A DNA stretch of 64,000 nucleotides from a bacterium (lineage in GTDB: Bacteria; SZUA-79; Acidulodesulfobacterales; Acidulodesulfobacteraceae), in assembly GCA_021831025.1 (NCBI GenBank), contig JAKBNN010000080.1, positions 1,941 through 65,940 of the forward strand. The letters run 5' to 3'. A model generated the notes under the pieces. It made no database searches. It was not told where the DNA came from and worked only from the letters and a program-made list of their open reading frames with translations. Position 1 is the first letter of the stretch; each line of letters opens with the position of its first letter. The position numbers and the translations under genes are program-made. Of this stretch, positions 10,846 to 21,378 are shown piece after piece.

Positions 10846-11247
10846 TTGATAGAAGGGATAGGGATCGATCTGGTTTCGATAGAAAAATTAAAGAAAATAC
10901 TTTGTCTTCGGGAAGAAAAATTTTTTAAAAGGATGCTTTCTCAGGAAGAGCTTATAGTATTAGGAGAAATAAAAAATAAAAACGAAGGAAGAAGCATTAG
11001 AAAAGCGGCGGGGTTTTTTGCGGCAAAGGAGGCTTTTTTAAAGGCAATCGGCGCCGGACTTTTTTCTATACCGTTTAATAAAATATCGGTTTTAAATGAG
11101 AAAACCGGAAAGCCGTATATTAAAGTTGACGAAAATCTTAGAGATTTAATTTATAGAAAGTTTAAAAAGAGATTAGATGCCGTAAACTTGAGCATAACCC
11201 ATGAAAACGGGTTTGCCTGCGCTTTTGTGATAATAGAAATGTTATAA
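10846..11247 (+). CDS. acpS: holo-[acyl-carrier-protein] synthase
   Basis: 133 aa with the GIGIDLV N-terminus and FAAKEAFLKA motif. TTG start 3 nt after the pdxJ stop. pdxJ-acpS linkage is common. Confidence 0.85.
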   Translation: MIEGIGIDLVSIEKLKKILCLREEKFFKRMLSQEELIVLGEIKNKNEGRSIRKAAGFFAAKEAFLKAIGAGLFSIPFNKISVLNEKTGKPYIKVDENLRDLIYRKFKKRLDAVNLSITHENGFACAFVIIEML

Positions 11248-11266
11248 AAAGGTTAAAGGCTATAAA

Positions 11267-12862
11267 ATGAAACTGTATTTTTCCGATAATTTAAAAAAAA
11301 TAGACGAAGGCGCCCGCGAAGCTTTTGGATATTCCGAAAACATATTAATGGAAAACGCCGGAAGCGGATGTTATAGGGAGCTATTAAAATTATACGACGA
11401 AAGTTTTTTAAAAAAGGCAAATATAATCGTTATTTGCGGCAAGGGCAATAACGGCGGGGACGGATTGGTTCTATCCCGCTATCTTTTTAACGGCGGGTTT
11501 AATGTAAAAACCGTAATTCTTGCAAAGAAAGATTTATATAAAGGGATAGCAGGAACAAACTTAGATATTTTAACGAATTTGGGCGCCGAAATTATAGAAA
11601 TTTCGGAAAATAGGCGGTTACCTGCATTATCCGGTATTATTGGAGATGCGGAAATCGTCGTTGACGCAATATTCGGCATTGGATTAAACAGGGAAATAAA
11701 CGGTTTTTTTAAGGATATTATAGATTTAATGGATAAAAAAAGTGTGGCAGGCGGCGCGGATATTATATGCATCGATGTGCCGAGCGGTTTAAACTCGGAC
11801 AGCGGAGAATTTATGGGCGCCGCTATAAAAAACAACATAAAAAGGGTTTTTACTTTTGGAGGCTTAAAGGTCGGCTTTTATATCAACGAAGGGGAAAGGC
11901 TTTTATTAGATGAAAAGATAACTTTAATCGATATAAACCAGCCCCAAAGACTGCTCGAAGAATATTGTTCCGGGTTTGAAATATTATCGGGGGAGGATAT
12001 TTTATCTTATCTGCCGGAGAGAAATCCTGCCGCTACAAAATTTGACTATGGTCATTTACTTGTCGTTGCGGGAAGTTACGGAAAAAGCGGGGCGGCATAT
12101 ATGGCGTCTTTATCGGGGTTTAAAGGGGGAGCAGGTCTTGTAACGGCGGCGATTCCGTCTGCATTAAACGACATTATGGAAATAAAAACTACGGAGATTA
12201 TGACATATCCGGCTTTTGACGGCGGCGAAGGATTTTTTACCGAAAAGAGCGCCGAAGGTATAATAGACAATGCGTTAAAAGGTAAAACCGCGGTCGTAAT
12301 CGGTCCCGGTATCGGTTTAAACGCGGAAACAAAGCTGTTTTTACGCAGGCTTTTAACCGCTATAAAGGTTCCGGTGGTTCTTGACGCGGATGCTTTAAAT
12401 ATTTTGTCGGAAGATTTAGGACTTTTAAAGGATATTAAGGGTAAAAACGATATCGTACTGACCCCGCATTTTAAAGAAATGGAAAGGCTGACGGGAATAA
12501 GCAGGGAAATTATAGCAAAGAATCCGCTGAAAGTTGGATTAGATTTTGCAAAGGAGTTCGGGGTATATTTAATTCTTAAGGGTTCGAGCATGTATATTTT
12601 CGATAAAAACGGCATAGATGCGAGCGTGCAGGTTAAACATTCTCCGATTATGGCGAGCGGCGGAAGCGGCGATGTTTTAAGCGGTCTTATAGGATCGTTC
12701 GCCTGTCAGGGAATACCTTTATATAATGCGATGAGGGCTGCCTCTTATTTGATTGTCTATTCAGCAAGTGATTTAAGCTTAAGATACGGCGATTTCGGGG
12801 TTGGAGCCGCAGAAATTGCCGGTAATATTCCTTATGCGGTGAAAAAATTAAGGAGTCTTTGA
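11267..12862 (+). CDS. nnr: bifunctional NAD(P)H-hydrate repair enzyme (epimerase/dehydratase)
   Basis: An N-terminal YjeF_N domain (GKGNNGGDG) is fused to a C-terminal carbohydrate-kinase-like dehydratase (GGSGDVLSG). Confidence 0.85.
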   Translation: MKLYFSDNLKKIDEGAREAFGYSENILMENAGSGCYRELLKLYDESFLKKANIIVICGKGNNGGDGLVLSRYLFNGGFNVKTVILAKKDLYKGIAGTNLDILTNLGAEIIEISENRRLPALSGIIGDAEIVVDAIFGIGLNREINGFFKDIIDLMDKKSVAGGADIICIDVPSGLNSDSGEFMGAAIKNNIKRVFTFGGLKVGFYINEGERLLLDEKITLIDINQPQRLLEEYCSGFEILSGEDILSYLPERNPAATKFDYGHLLVVAGSYGKSGAAYMASLSGFKGGAGLVTAAIPSALNDIMEIKTTEIMTYPAFDGGEGFFTEKSAEGIIDNALKGKTAVVIGPGIGLNAETKLFLRRLLTAIKVPVVLDADALNILSEDLGLLKDIKGKNDIVLTPHFKEMERLTGISREIIAKNPLKVGLDFAKEFGVYLILKGSSMYIFDKNGIDASVQVKHSPIMASGGSGDVLSGLIGSFACQGIPLYNAMRAASYLIVYSASDLSLRYGDFGVGAAEIAGNIPYAVKKLRSL

Positions 12863-12901
12863 TTTTAATAATAATTAAAAAAATTAATAAGAGGTGTAAC
12901 C

Positions 12902-13369
12902 ATGCTTAAGGCTAAAGACATAATGACGAAAAATGTTGTTGTTGTGGGCGAGGAAGACGAAATAAAAAAGGCGGCCGATATATTTTTAGAATATAAAATA
13001 AACGCGATTCCCGTGGTTAACGAGAATAAAAAGTTGACGGGAATAGTATCGGAAACCGATCTTGTATATCAGGATACTAATCTTCACATACCCACGGTTT
13101 TTACAATTTTCGACAGCATTTTTTATTTGGGAAGTTCAAAACATTTCAAAGATGATGTGCAGAAAATAACCGCAACAAAGATAAAGGATATAATGAATAA
13201 AAATGTATTTTTCGTAAAAGAAGATGAAGATATATTTAATATTGCAACGGTAATGGCCGATAAAAAGTTTTATTCCATTCCCGTGGTAAATAACGGCATG
13301 GAGATTATCGGCATTGTCTCAAGGTATGATATTATTAAATTGATGTCTTCCGAAAAAGAGAAACAATAA
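12902..13369 (+). CDS. CBS domain pair protein
   Basis: Has two CBS repeats (IMTKNVVVV...IPVVN and IMNKNVFFV...IPVVN). Confidence 0.8.
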   Translation: MLKAKDIMTKNVVVVGEEDEIKKAADIFLEYKINAIPVVNENKKLTGIVSETDLVYQDTNLHIPTVFTIFDSIFYLGSSKHFKDDVQKITATKIKDIMNKNVFFVKEDEDIFNIATVMADKKFYSIPVVNNGMEIIGIVSRYDIIKLMSSEKEKQ

Positions 13370-13371
13370 AA

Positions 13372-13833
13372 GTGCAGGAATTTCAATCAAATTCACCGCA
13401 AAAAACTAAAATGATAGCTAAAGAATTTGCCGGGAATTTAAAACCGTTTGATTTTGTATCGTTAATAGGGCCTCTTGGCGCCGGAAAAACAAAATTTACA
13501 TCCGGTATAGTGGATTTTTTTTGTACGGATAAAAAAAGGGGCGTAGGTCATATTTTAAGTCCCACATATACTATTATGAATAGTTATTATAGCTGTAATG
13601 TTACCGTCAATCATTTTGATTTTTACCGCCTAAAACGACGGGATGAATTGGAGGATTGCGGTTTTTTTGATTCTTTGGCGAGCGGGGTAATAACTATAGC
13701 CGAATGGGCGGATAATATTTCTATAGACTATAAAAAATATATAGAAGGCAATTATTATGAGGTACATATAGTGGCAGAAAAAGAAGGGGAAGGAAAAAAC
13801 AAAAGGCATATAAAAATAGAAAAAATTTTATAG
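13372..13833 (+). CDS. tsaE: tRNA t6A biosynthesis ATPase TsaE
   Basis: Has the P-loop GPLGAGKT plus SPTYTI and HFDFYRL motifs. GTG start. Confidence 0.8.
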   Translation: MQEFQSNSPQKTKMIAKEFAGNLKPFDFVSLIGPLGAGKTKFTSGIVDFFCTDKKRGVGHILSPTYTIMNSYYSCNVTVNHFDFYRLKRRDELEDCGFFDSLASGVITIAEWADNISIDYKKYIEGNYYEVHIVAEKEGEGKNKRHIKIEKIL

Positions 13834-13868
13834 AAAAATAATAAAATATAATTAAAGAGCATTTTATA

Positions 13869-15314
13869 TTGGAGGAGCGCCAGTTGGATAATTTTGATGT
13901 CTGTATCGTCGGCGGAGGGCCGGCCGGATATGTAAGCGCTTTAAAATGTGCCATTAACGGGCTGTCTGCCGCCATTATAGAAAAGGAAAAATTTGGCGGC
14001 ACATGTCTTAATAGGGGATGTATTCCTACAAAGGTGATATATTCGAAAGCAAAGTATTTAAGCAAGTTAAAAAACCCCGAATACGGATTTTCGGTGGATG
14101 GATTTAGCGTTAATTATAATGATATAATAGATTATAAAGAAAAGGTTGTTTCAACCTTAGTCGGGGGAGTCGAAAAACTTTTAAAGGCAAGAAATGTCAG
14201 GGTTTTTAACGGTACGGGAAAAATTACAGGTAAAAATAACGATAATTCAGGTTTTATATTAACTTCAACATCCGAAGACGGATTAAAAACCGAAATATAC
14301 GCAAATAATGTTATTATATCCACAGGTTCGTCTCCGCTTATGATTCCGTCTTTTAATATAGACCATAAAAATATAATGACATCGGACGAGATTCTGAAGG
14401 TTAGAGAGATACCGGGGTCTTTAATTATAATCGGGGCGGGGGTTATCGGCTGCGAGTTTGCCAATATTTTTAGCGAGTTCGGCGCAGGTATTAAAATGAT
14501 AGAACTTTTACCGTCTATATTATCTACAGAAGATAAAGATATTTCAAAATTTGTTCAAAAAAACTTTAAATCCCGCAATATCGATATTATGACATCCGTG
14601 GAGGTTGAAAGTATCGAACCTGTTGAGGGAAACAAAGGGGCGGCGGTTTATTTGAAAACCGGAGAAAAGTTTACGGCGGACAAAGTTTTAGTCTCTATCG
14701 GAAGAAAACTGAATACCGATGGATTGGGACTGGAAGAGTTAGCCGTCAAAATGGATAAAAGAGGGAAAATAGAGGTTGACAGCCATAACGAAACCGCCGT
14801 AAAGGGGATTTATGCCTGCGGCGATATAATAAACGGACCGATGCTTGCCCATAAAGCCTCTTATGACGGGATTATAGCGGCGGATAATATCGCCGGTATC
14901 GTTAAAGAAAAGGACTATTCGGTACTGCCATGGTCGATATACACAAATCCGCCTATCGGGACGGTCGGCCTGAAAGAGGGGGATAAAGGGCTGGAAGGTT
15001 TGGATTATAATGTCGGCCGTTTTTCGTATGCGGCAAACGGGATGGCGCTTGCCATGGAAGAAAGCGAAGGTTTTTTAAAGGTTATCGTGGACAAGAAATC
15101 CAAAAGGATTTTGGGCGCAACGGGAAGCGGGGCGGATATTCCGGAACTAATCGCCGAAATTACATCGTATATGCATTTTGGCGGAACGGTTTTTGACATA
15201 GAAGCAACGATTCACTCTCATCCGACGCTTTCAGAAATTGTTCCGGAGTCCGCATTAGATTCCATAGGCGAGGCGATACATAAGGTTAATCCGAGAACGG
15301 CAAAGAAAAATTAG
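13869..15314 (+). CDS. lpdA: dihydrolipoyl dehydrogenase
   Basis: Has the FAD motif GGGPAGY, the redox disulfide GGTCLNRGCIPTK and the C-terminal HSHPTLSE. The real start may be TTG at 13884, which has GGAGG 8 nt upstream. Confidence 0.85.
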   Translation: MEERQLDNFDVCIVGGGPAGYVSALKCAINGLSAAIIEKEKFGGTCLNRGCIPTKVIYSKAKYLSKLKNPEYGFSVDGFSVNYNDIIDYKEKVVSTLVGGVEKLLKARNVRVFNGTGKITGKNNDNSGFILTSTSEDGLKTEIYANNVIISTGSSPLMIPSFNIDHKNIMTSDEILKVREIPGSLIIIGAGVIGCEFANIFSEFGAGIKMIELLPSILSTEDKDISKFVQKNFKSRNIDIMTSVEVESIEPVEGNKGAAVYLKTGEKFTADKVLVSIGRKLNTDGLGLEELAVKMDKRGKIEVDSHNETAVKGIYACGDIINGPMLAHKASYDGIIAADNIAGIVKEKDYSVLPWSIYTNPPIGTVGLKEGDKGLEGLDYNVGRFSYAANGMALAMEESEGFLKVIVDKKSKRILGATGSGADIPELIAEITSYMHFGGTVFDIEATIHSHPTLSEIVPESALDSIGEAIHKVNPRTAKKN

Positions 15315-15331
15315 AAAAGGATAATAAATTT

Positions 15332-16555
15332 ATGGCTTTAATCGTTCAAAAATTCGGCGGGACATCGATGGGCAGCATAGACAGGATAAAACAGGTTGCC
15401 GGGCGGGTGATAAAAGAAAAGCAAAATAACAACGATGTAGTTGTCGTGGTCAGCGCTATGAACGGCGAAACCAACAGACTTTTAGATTTAGCAACAAAAA
15501 TGGGCGGAAAATACGACGATATAGAAACGGACATGATTATATCGAGCGGGGAACAGGTGAGTTCCGGGCTGCTTTCTATCGCCTTGAGGAATGAGGGTTA
15601 TGACGCTGTTCCTCTTCTCGGCCATCAGGTAAAGATAACGACTGATGAATCTCACGGAAAGGCAAGAATATCCGCTATCGACGACCATAATATACGGACC
15701 GGGCTTAAAAGCGGTAAAATTGTCGTTATTGCCGGCTTTCAGGGAATAGATTCTAAAGGATTTATTACTACTTTAGGAAGGGGCGGTTCGGATACCACGG
15801 CCGTTGCCGTGGCCGCCGCAATTAAAGCCGACAGGTGTGATATATATACCGATGTTGACGGCGTTTATACGGCTGACCCTCAGGTTGTGCCGGATGCCGG
15901 AAGATTAGATGTGGTTTATTTCGACGAAATGATAGAGATGTCAAGTCTGGGGGCAAAAGTATTGCAGATCAGGTCCGTCGAATTTGCAATGAAATATAAG
16001 GTAAATTTGTTCGTAAAATCAACATTTGCGGAGGGCCCCGGGACCCAAATCAAATTTTTAGGAGACGAGGAAAATATGGAAGAATTGCAGGTGTCGAGCG
16101 TCGCGTACGATAAGACGGAAGCAAAAATATCTATAAGGGGTATTCCCGATAAACCCGGGATTGCCGCAAAGATTTTTTCGAAAATATCGGATGCAAATAT
16201 AGTGGTCGATATGATTATTCAAAACATATCCGTTCACGGGCTTACGGATTTGACATTTACTGTTTCAAAGAAGGATTTAAAAAATGCAATAGATATAACA
16301 AACGGGGTCGCTAAAGAGCTTAACGCGGAGGAAGTTATCAGCGATGATAAAATTGCTAAAATATCGGTTATAGGGGTCGGCATGAGGAATCATTACGGGA
16401 CGGCTTCGACGATGTTTTCGGTTTTATCTAAAGAAAATATTAATATAATGATGATTTCGACATCGGAAATTAAAATATCGTGCATTATCGACGCAAAATA
16501 TGCCGAGCTTGCCACGAGAATATTGCACGAGGCGTTTAATCTTGGAAAAAAGTGA
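15332..16555 (+). CDS. lysC: aspartate kinase
   Basis: Has the VQKFGGTS N-terminus, an amino-acid kinase domain and two C-terminal ACT domains. 407 aa. Confidence 0.9.
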   Translation: MALIVQKFGGTSMGSIDRIKQVAGRVIKEKQNNNDVVVVVSAMNGETNRLLDLATKMGGKYDDIETDMIISSGEQVSSGLLSIALRNEGYDAVPLLGHQVKITTDESHGKARISAIDDHNIRTGLKSGKIVVIAGFQGIDSKGFITTLGRGGSDTTAVAVAAAIKADRCDIYTDVDGVYTADPQVVPDAGRLDVVYFDEMIEMSSLGAKVLQIRSVEFAMKYKVNLFVKSTFAEGPGTQIKFLGDEENMEELQVSSVAYDKTEAKISIRGIPDKPGIAAKIFSKISDANIVVDMIIQNISVHGLTDLTFTVSKKDLKNAIDITNGVAKELNAEEVISDDKIAKISVIGVGMRNHYGTASTMFSVLSKENINIMMISTSEIKISCIIDAKYAELATRILHEAFNLGKK

Positions 16556-16638
16556 GGCTTATAAGATTAGGGAGCGGAAGAGTTTTGAGACCGACCTTGC
16601 CCAGATAGGTAAAACAGATAAGTAAAAGAGGCATATAT

Positions 16639-18330
16639 ATGAAAAATAATATTGATTATAAAAAAATGGAACATATGGAACATATCGAGGTTTACGATAC
16701 GACATTAAGGGATGGAACTCAGGGAGAGGGGTTTTCTTTATCAATAGACGACAAATTAATGATTGCCGATATCCTAGGTGATTTAGGGATGCACTTTATA
16801 GAAGGAGGTTTCCCGTCTTCAAATCCAAAAGACAGAAAATTTTTTGAACTTGCGGCAAAAAAAAGATTTAAAAATTCCAAATTAGTGGCGTTCGGCAGTA
16901 CAAAAAGAAAAAATACGGCGGCAAAAGACGATGCCAACTTGCGGACATTAAGCGACATACCTGTTGATTATGCCGCTATTTTCGGGAAATCCTGGGACTT
17001 GCATGTCGAAAGCGTTTTAAAAATATCGTTAAACGAAAATTTAGACATCATAGCGGATTCCGTTAATTTCCTGAAAACATCAGGGAAAAAGACATTTTTT
17101 GACGCGGAACATTTTTTTGACGGTTTCGAGCATAACGAGGAATATGCCGTGAAATCGATAAAAATTGCTCTGGAGGCAGGAGCGGATAAGGTGATTTTGT
17201 GCGACACGAACGGCGGTTTTTTACCCCATAAAATATCGAAAGCAATCGAAAGGCTTAAATCTTATTATAAAATAGATTTGTCTAAACTGGGAATACACAC
17301 GCATAACGATACCGATTGCGCAGTCGCAAACACCATTGCCGCCGTCATGTCCGGCATAAGGCATGTGCAGGGGACTATAAACGGGTACGGGGAAAGAACA
17401 GGAAACGCCAATCTTTCATCTATAATCCCAAATTTAGAATTAAAATTGGGATTTGATGTTATAGGAAAAGAAAAGCTCAAAGGTCTCGTCAAGGTGAGCC
17501 GTTTAGTCGATGAAATATCCAATAATATGCCTCTTAAGAATATGCCCTATGTAGGGGAGAGCGCATTTGCCCATAAGGCCGGAATGCATGCCAATGCGGT
17601 GCTTAAAAATCCTTCGTCCTATGAACATATCGACCCGGCGGCTATCGGCAACAATAGAAGATTTTTAATATCCGATTTATCGGGCAAAAGCAATATCGAG
17701 GCAAAAGCTAAAGAGCTGGGGATAGATTTAAGCAAACTTACGATTTCGGAAGAAGCCGAGCTGCTTAATAAAATAAAAGAGCTTGAATGGGGCGGTTTTG
17801 ACTTTGAAAGCGCCGACGGTTCCTTTAAAATACTCATGGATAAATATTTATCGAAAAAGGCAAAAAATTACTTTAAACTGCTCGCATTCAGGGTAAATAC
17901 GGAAAAAAATCCGCTTAATTCCGCAAATCTTTCTAATGTCAATAATACGGGGCCTGCGCCTTTATCTTTAGAGAATAATAAAGAGAATAATATTTTTAGC
18001 GAAGCCGTCGTTATGATAGAAGTTCAGGGAAAGAGGGAACATACCGTTGCGCTGGGAGACGGACCCGTTAACGCGCTTGACAATGCCCTAAGAAAAGCCC
18101 TTTTGAAGTTTTATCCGATATTAAGCGAAATGAAGTTAGCCGATTTTAAGGTCAGGGTTATTAGCAATAAAACTAAGTCTGGAACGGCATCTTATGTCAG
18201 GGTATTAATAGAATCGTCGGACAAGGAGGATAAATGGACTACTCTTGGAGTATCAGAAAATATAATCGAGGCTTCTTATCAGGCTTTGGCGGATAGTATA
18301 ACCTATAAACTCACTAAAGAAGGAATATAA
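16639..18330 (+). CDS. cimA: citramalate synthase (LeuA/CimA family, long form)
   Basis: Has YDTTLRDGTQ, HTHND and a C-terminal LeuA-dimer regulatory domain. The overall layout is CimA-like. It contains an Asn-rich insertion. Confidence 0.75.
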   Translation: MKNNIDYKKMEHMEHIEVYDTTLRDGTQGEGFSLSIDDKLMIADILGDLGMHFIEGGFPSSNPKDRKFFELAAKKRFKNSKLVAFGSTKRKNTAAKDDANLRTLSDIPVDYAAIFGKSWDLHVESVLKISLNENLDIIADSVNFLKTSGKKTFFDAEHFFDGFEHNEEYAVKSIKIALEAGADKVILCDTNGGFLPHKISKAIERLKSYYKIDLSKLGIHTHNDTDCAVANTIAAVMSGIRHVQGTINGYGERTGNANLSSIIPNLELKLGFDVIGKEKLKGLVKVSRLVDEISNNMPLKNMPYVGESAFAHKAGMHANAVLKNPSSYEHIDPAAIGNNRRFLISDLSGKSNIEAKAKELGIDLSKLTISEEAELLNKIKELEWGGFDFESADGSFKILMDKYLSKKAKNYFKLLAFRVNTEKNPLNSANLSNVNNTGPAPLSLENNKENNIFSEAVVMIEVQGKREHTVALGDGPVNALDNALRKALLKFYPILSEMKLADFKVRVISNKTKSGTASYVRVLIESSDKEDKWTTLGVSENIIEASYQALADSITYKLTKEGI

Positions 18331-18356
18331 AAGAAAAAGGAGGGGAGGGAAGTATA

Positions 18357-18995
18357 ATGGTTGATTTTGATAAAATAAAAGAAACCGGTTTTTTTAAAGC
18401 ATTGATTTTGACATGGAAAAAGTCTCTTTTTACTCCCGAAGCCTTTTTTAAAGAACTAAATAATACCGAAAATAATAACGAAATTTTGCATCCGTATTTT
18501 TACGCAATAATATTTACATATATTAATTTAGTATTTTCCTTTTTTTGGGATATATTCTTTTTTAAAATAGGTTTTTACAAAAATTATGCAATTTTACCGA
18601 AGATACCCCTTTTTTTTACCGATAAAAACACAATCGATTTTTTTATCGTGTTCGGGATTATTTTTCTTTTGCTGGTTTTGGGAATTTTATTTACGGTATT
18701 CTTAATATTGCTGACCGTTGTAATACACGGATTCATTATGGTTATGGGGGGAAAGAAAGGCATAAAAAATACATTTAGAATAATTTGTTATAGCGCCGGC
18801 GTCGGATTTTTCTCTATATTCCCGATTTTCGGATACAATATATCCGCCACGTGGCTTTCGGCTTTAATGGTAATAGGAATTAAAGAAACTAACGAATTGT
18901 CAACGCCGAGGTCTATTTTGGCGGTATTATTGCCGTTTATCTTTGCCTCGCTTATATTGGTAACATTTTTAATAAAACTTATTATCGCAAGGTGA
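18357..18995 (+). CDS. Yip1-like integral membrane protein
   Basis: Has about five hydrophobic helices after a short soluble N-terminus and a strong GGAGGGGAGGG SD upstream. The family call is tentative. Confidence 0.5.
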   Translation: MVDFDKIKETGFFKALILTWKKSLFTPEAFFKELNNTENNNEILHPYFYAIIFTYINLVFSFFWDIFFFKIGFYKNYAILPKIPLFFTDKNTIDFFIVFGIIFLLLVLGILFTVFLILLTVVIHGFIMVMGGKKGIKNTFRIICYSAGVGFFSIFPIFGYNISATWLSALMVIGIKETNELSTPRSILAVLLPFIFASLILVTFLIKLIIAR

Positions 18996-19045
18996 AAAAG
19001 ACCGAGAAAACTGCCGATTATTAATATCCGCCGGTAAAACGCCGG

Positions 19046-19972
19046 TTATATCCTGTTTGACGAACCTAAAACCCTCATTCTTTCTTTAATAATCTCAATA
19101 ACATAATCTTTTGCCGGACCGAAAATTTTTCTTGGATCGATTTGAGATTTATCATTTGCAATACTTTCCCTGACCTTTGCAAGGAACGAAATGCGGAGGT
19201 CGGTATCGGTATTTACCTTATTTATTCCAAATTTTATAGCATCCTTCAAGACATCGAAAGGGACGCCCTTTGCGCCCTTTAAATCTCCGCCGAACTCCTC
19301 GAATTTTTTTGATGCCGCTTCGGGAACGGATGAAGCGCCGTGCAGGACAAGAGGAATACCCGTCAGCTCTTTTACCTTCCTTAGCCGCTCAAAGTCTAAT
19401 TTGGCTTCTCCTTTAAATTTGAAAGCGCCGTGAGAAGTGCCTATAGCGGGCGCTAAAAAGTCGATGTTAGAGGATGCAACAAAATCGTTTGCTTCTTTCG
19501 GATTTACCAAAACGGCATCTCTTTCGGCGACGGACACATTGTCTTCGACACCCTTAAGCCTTCCAAGTTCCGCCTCGACGGATATTCCGAGCGGATGGCA
19601 GATGCTTACTACCTGTTTCGTAATTTTAAGGTTTTCTTCAAACGGAAAATGGGACGCGTCAATCATAACGGAGGTAAACCCCGCCTTTATAGCAACCATA
19701 ACGGCATTTAAATTTGAGCCGTGGTCAAGATGAAGGGCGACTGGAATGTTTGGGTAAGTATCCGATAATGCTTTAGTCATCGAAAAAAGCATATCCGGGC
19801 CTGCATATTTTATCGCGCCTTCGCTTGCGGCAATAATTATGGGAGATTTTTCCGACTCGGCCGCCAAAAATACCGCCTGTAAAAATTCCATATTATTCAC
19901 ATTAAAAGCGCCGACGGCATACAGGTTTTTATTGGCATCGTCGAGTATTTCTTTTGCGGATATTAAAGACAT
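19046..19972 (-). CDS. fba: class II fructose-bisphosphate aldolase
   Basis: 308 aa. Has the zinc-ligand regions VALHLDHGS and LVLHGASS and the N-terminal NVNNMEF motif. Confidence 0.9.
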   Translation of the reverse strand: MSLISAKEILDDANKNLYAVGAFNVNNMEFLQAVFLAAESEKSPIIIAASEGAIKYAGPDMLFSMTKALSDTYPNIPVALHLDHGSNLNAVMVAIKAGFTSVMIDASHFPFEENLKITKQVVSICHPLGISVEAELGRLKGVEDNVSVAERDAVLVNPKEANDFVASSNIDFLAPAIGTSHGAFKFKGEAKLDFERLRKVKELTGIPLVLHGASSVPEAASKKFEEFGGDLKGAKGVPFDVLKDAIKFGINKVNTDTDLRISFLAKVRESIANDKSQIDPRKIFGPAKDYVIEIIKERMRVLGSSNRI

Positions 19973-20064
19973 TTCGCCCTCCTATATTATTTATAAAATT
20001 TATAAATTTTAGATAATAAATGTTGCCCGGTACTTATGAGAAATTGAGATAAATTTAATTTATA

Positions 20065-20160
20065 TGGCGGAAGCGTATGGGAATCGAACCCACCGCGCAA
20101 ATTGCCTTTGCGCCTGTTGATTTGAAGTCAAAGAGAGGCACCAGCCCTCCTTCCGCTTCC
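20065..20160 (-). tRNA. selC: tRNA-Sec (anticodon UCA)
   Basis: 96 nt on the minus strand, starting GGAAGCGG and ending CGCTTCCGCCA. The anticodon loop is CTTCAAA (UCA). It has a long 7-bp variable arm (GCGCAAA-GGCAA-TTTGCGC), a T-loop GGTTCGATTCC and an encoded CCA. It resembles the E. coli selC layout. Confidence 0.85.
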
Positions 20161-20182
20161 TTAACTTCATACATATAGCTGA

Positions 20183-20211
20183 ATTATAATACATTTTTGC
20201 TTATTATTCAA
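20183..20211 (-). promoter_or_regulatory. sigma70-like promoter for tRNA-Sec
   Basis: The minus strand reads TTGAAT, then 17 nt, then TATAAT. The -10 ends about 22 nt upstream of the tRNA 5' end. Confidence 0.5.
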
Positions 20212-20365
20212 GCCCTCTGATATTCCTTTAATAGCTTTAGTTTTATGTTTTCAGGCAAAGATTTATGTGGTATAATTTTATAAAAAGATAAACGCTGATG
20301 TTTAATGATTTGAAAAGTATAGAAGTATAAATAAAGTATAATAGGCGAAGCGGTAAATATCTAAT

Positions 20366-21052
20366 ATGGATAATTGGAAATTAGGCGACGACAATATTTA
20401 TAATAATAATCATAACGATAACGAAAAAGATTTTACAATTGGAAAATCAAATAAGAATGAGGGCGATGATAAAGAGGATTTAGATCTTTCATTTTATAAA
20501 AAAAATAAAGTGAAAGACGATAAGCCTAAAAGGGATGGAACGAATACCGGCAGGTCATTCTACAAAAGAAATAGTTTTAAAAAGATATTTTATATAATAT
20601 TGGGGATAGCCGCCGTAATCTCTGCATATTATGTTTTTAGAACATTCTTTCCGGGCGACAATCTAAACATAAAACTTTTCGGTTTAGAAACTAAAGTTTT
20701 TAGATCAAAAGTGCTTCCCGAGAATAATCTTGTCGTTACAGGTTATTTGCTTAATAAAAATAGTTTCCCGATAAGCTATGTAAAGCTTGCCTGCAGACTT
20801 TACAGCGCCAAAAATATTACTCTTGTGACGAAACATGTGTATGCGGGAAATTTTATCGATATAAAAAGACTTAAAAATATGACGAATGTTGCGATTGATA
20901 TGAAACTTAATAATAAATTAGGGGATAATTTGTCAAATGTGGAAATCCTGCCGGATCACCCTATTAAATTTATGGTTGTATTTTTTGATATAGCTTCAAA
21001 TTCAAAAAACTACTCTATAACAGTCAGCCATTTTTACAGGATAAAAAAATAA
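20366..21052 (+). CDS. hypothetical membrane-anchored protein
   Basis: Has an Asn/Asp/Lys-rich N-terminus, one TM (IFYIILGIAAVISAYYVF) and a C-terminal beta-rich domain. It is possibly DUF3426-like, but this is unverified. Confidence 0.5.
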   Translation: MDNWKLGDDNIYNNNHNDNEKDFTIGKSNKNEGDDKEDLDLSFYKKNKVKDDKPKRDGTNTGRSFYKRNSFKKIFYIILGIAAVISAYYVFRTFFPGDNLNIKLFGLETKVFRSKVLPENNLVVTGYLLNKNSFPISYVKLACRLYSAKNITLVTKHVYAGNFIDIKRLKNMTNVAIDMKLNNKLGDNLSNVEILPDHPIKFMVVFFDIASNSKNYSITVSHFYRIKK

Positions 21053-21061
21053 ACGAGCCGC

Positions 21062-21337
21062 TTAAGCTCTTTTAGCCGTTTTTGACTTCGCAGGCTTTTT
21101 CCCTTTAGAAGCCGCGGCAGTTTTTGATCCGGTTATCTGCCTTTTTTTTTGCGCAGGTTCTTCTTCCGGCGTAACATCTATTTCGTCCTTTCCGGAAAGA
21201 CTATTTTTGAAATTTTTTAAAGCTTTACCGACGCCGCTTCCTATATCTGGCAACTTGCCGAACCCCCCAAAGATTAAAAATACAATTACAAGTATAATTA
21301 CTATGGCAATTGGACTGAATCCAAACATTTTATTCAC
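21062..21337 (-). CDS. tatA: twin-arginine translocase subunit TatA/E
   Basis: 91 aa. Has an N-terminal TM followed by the hinge FGGFGKLPDIGSGVGKALKNFK and a basic tail. Confidence 0.85.
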   Translation of the reverse strand: MNKMFGFSPIAIVIILVIVFLIFGGFGKLPDIGSGVGKALKNFKNSLSGKDEIDVTPEEEPAQKKRQITGSKTAAASKGKKPAKSKTAKRA

Positions 21338-21378
21338 CTCCCGTCGTCTTTTTATTTACAGACTATCTTCATTTTAAT

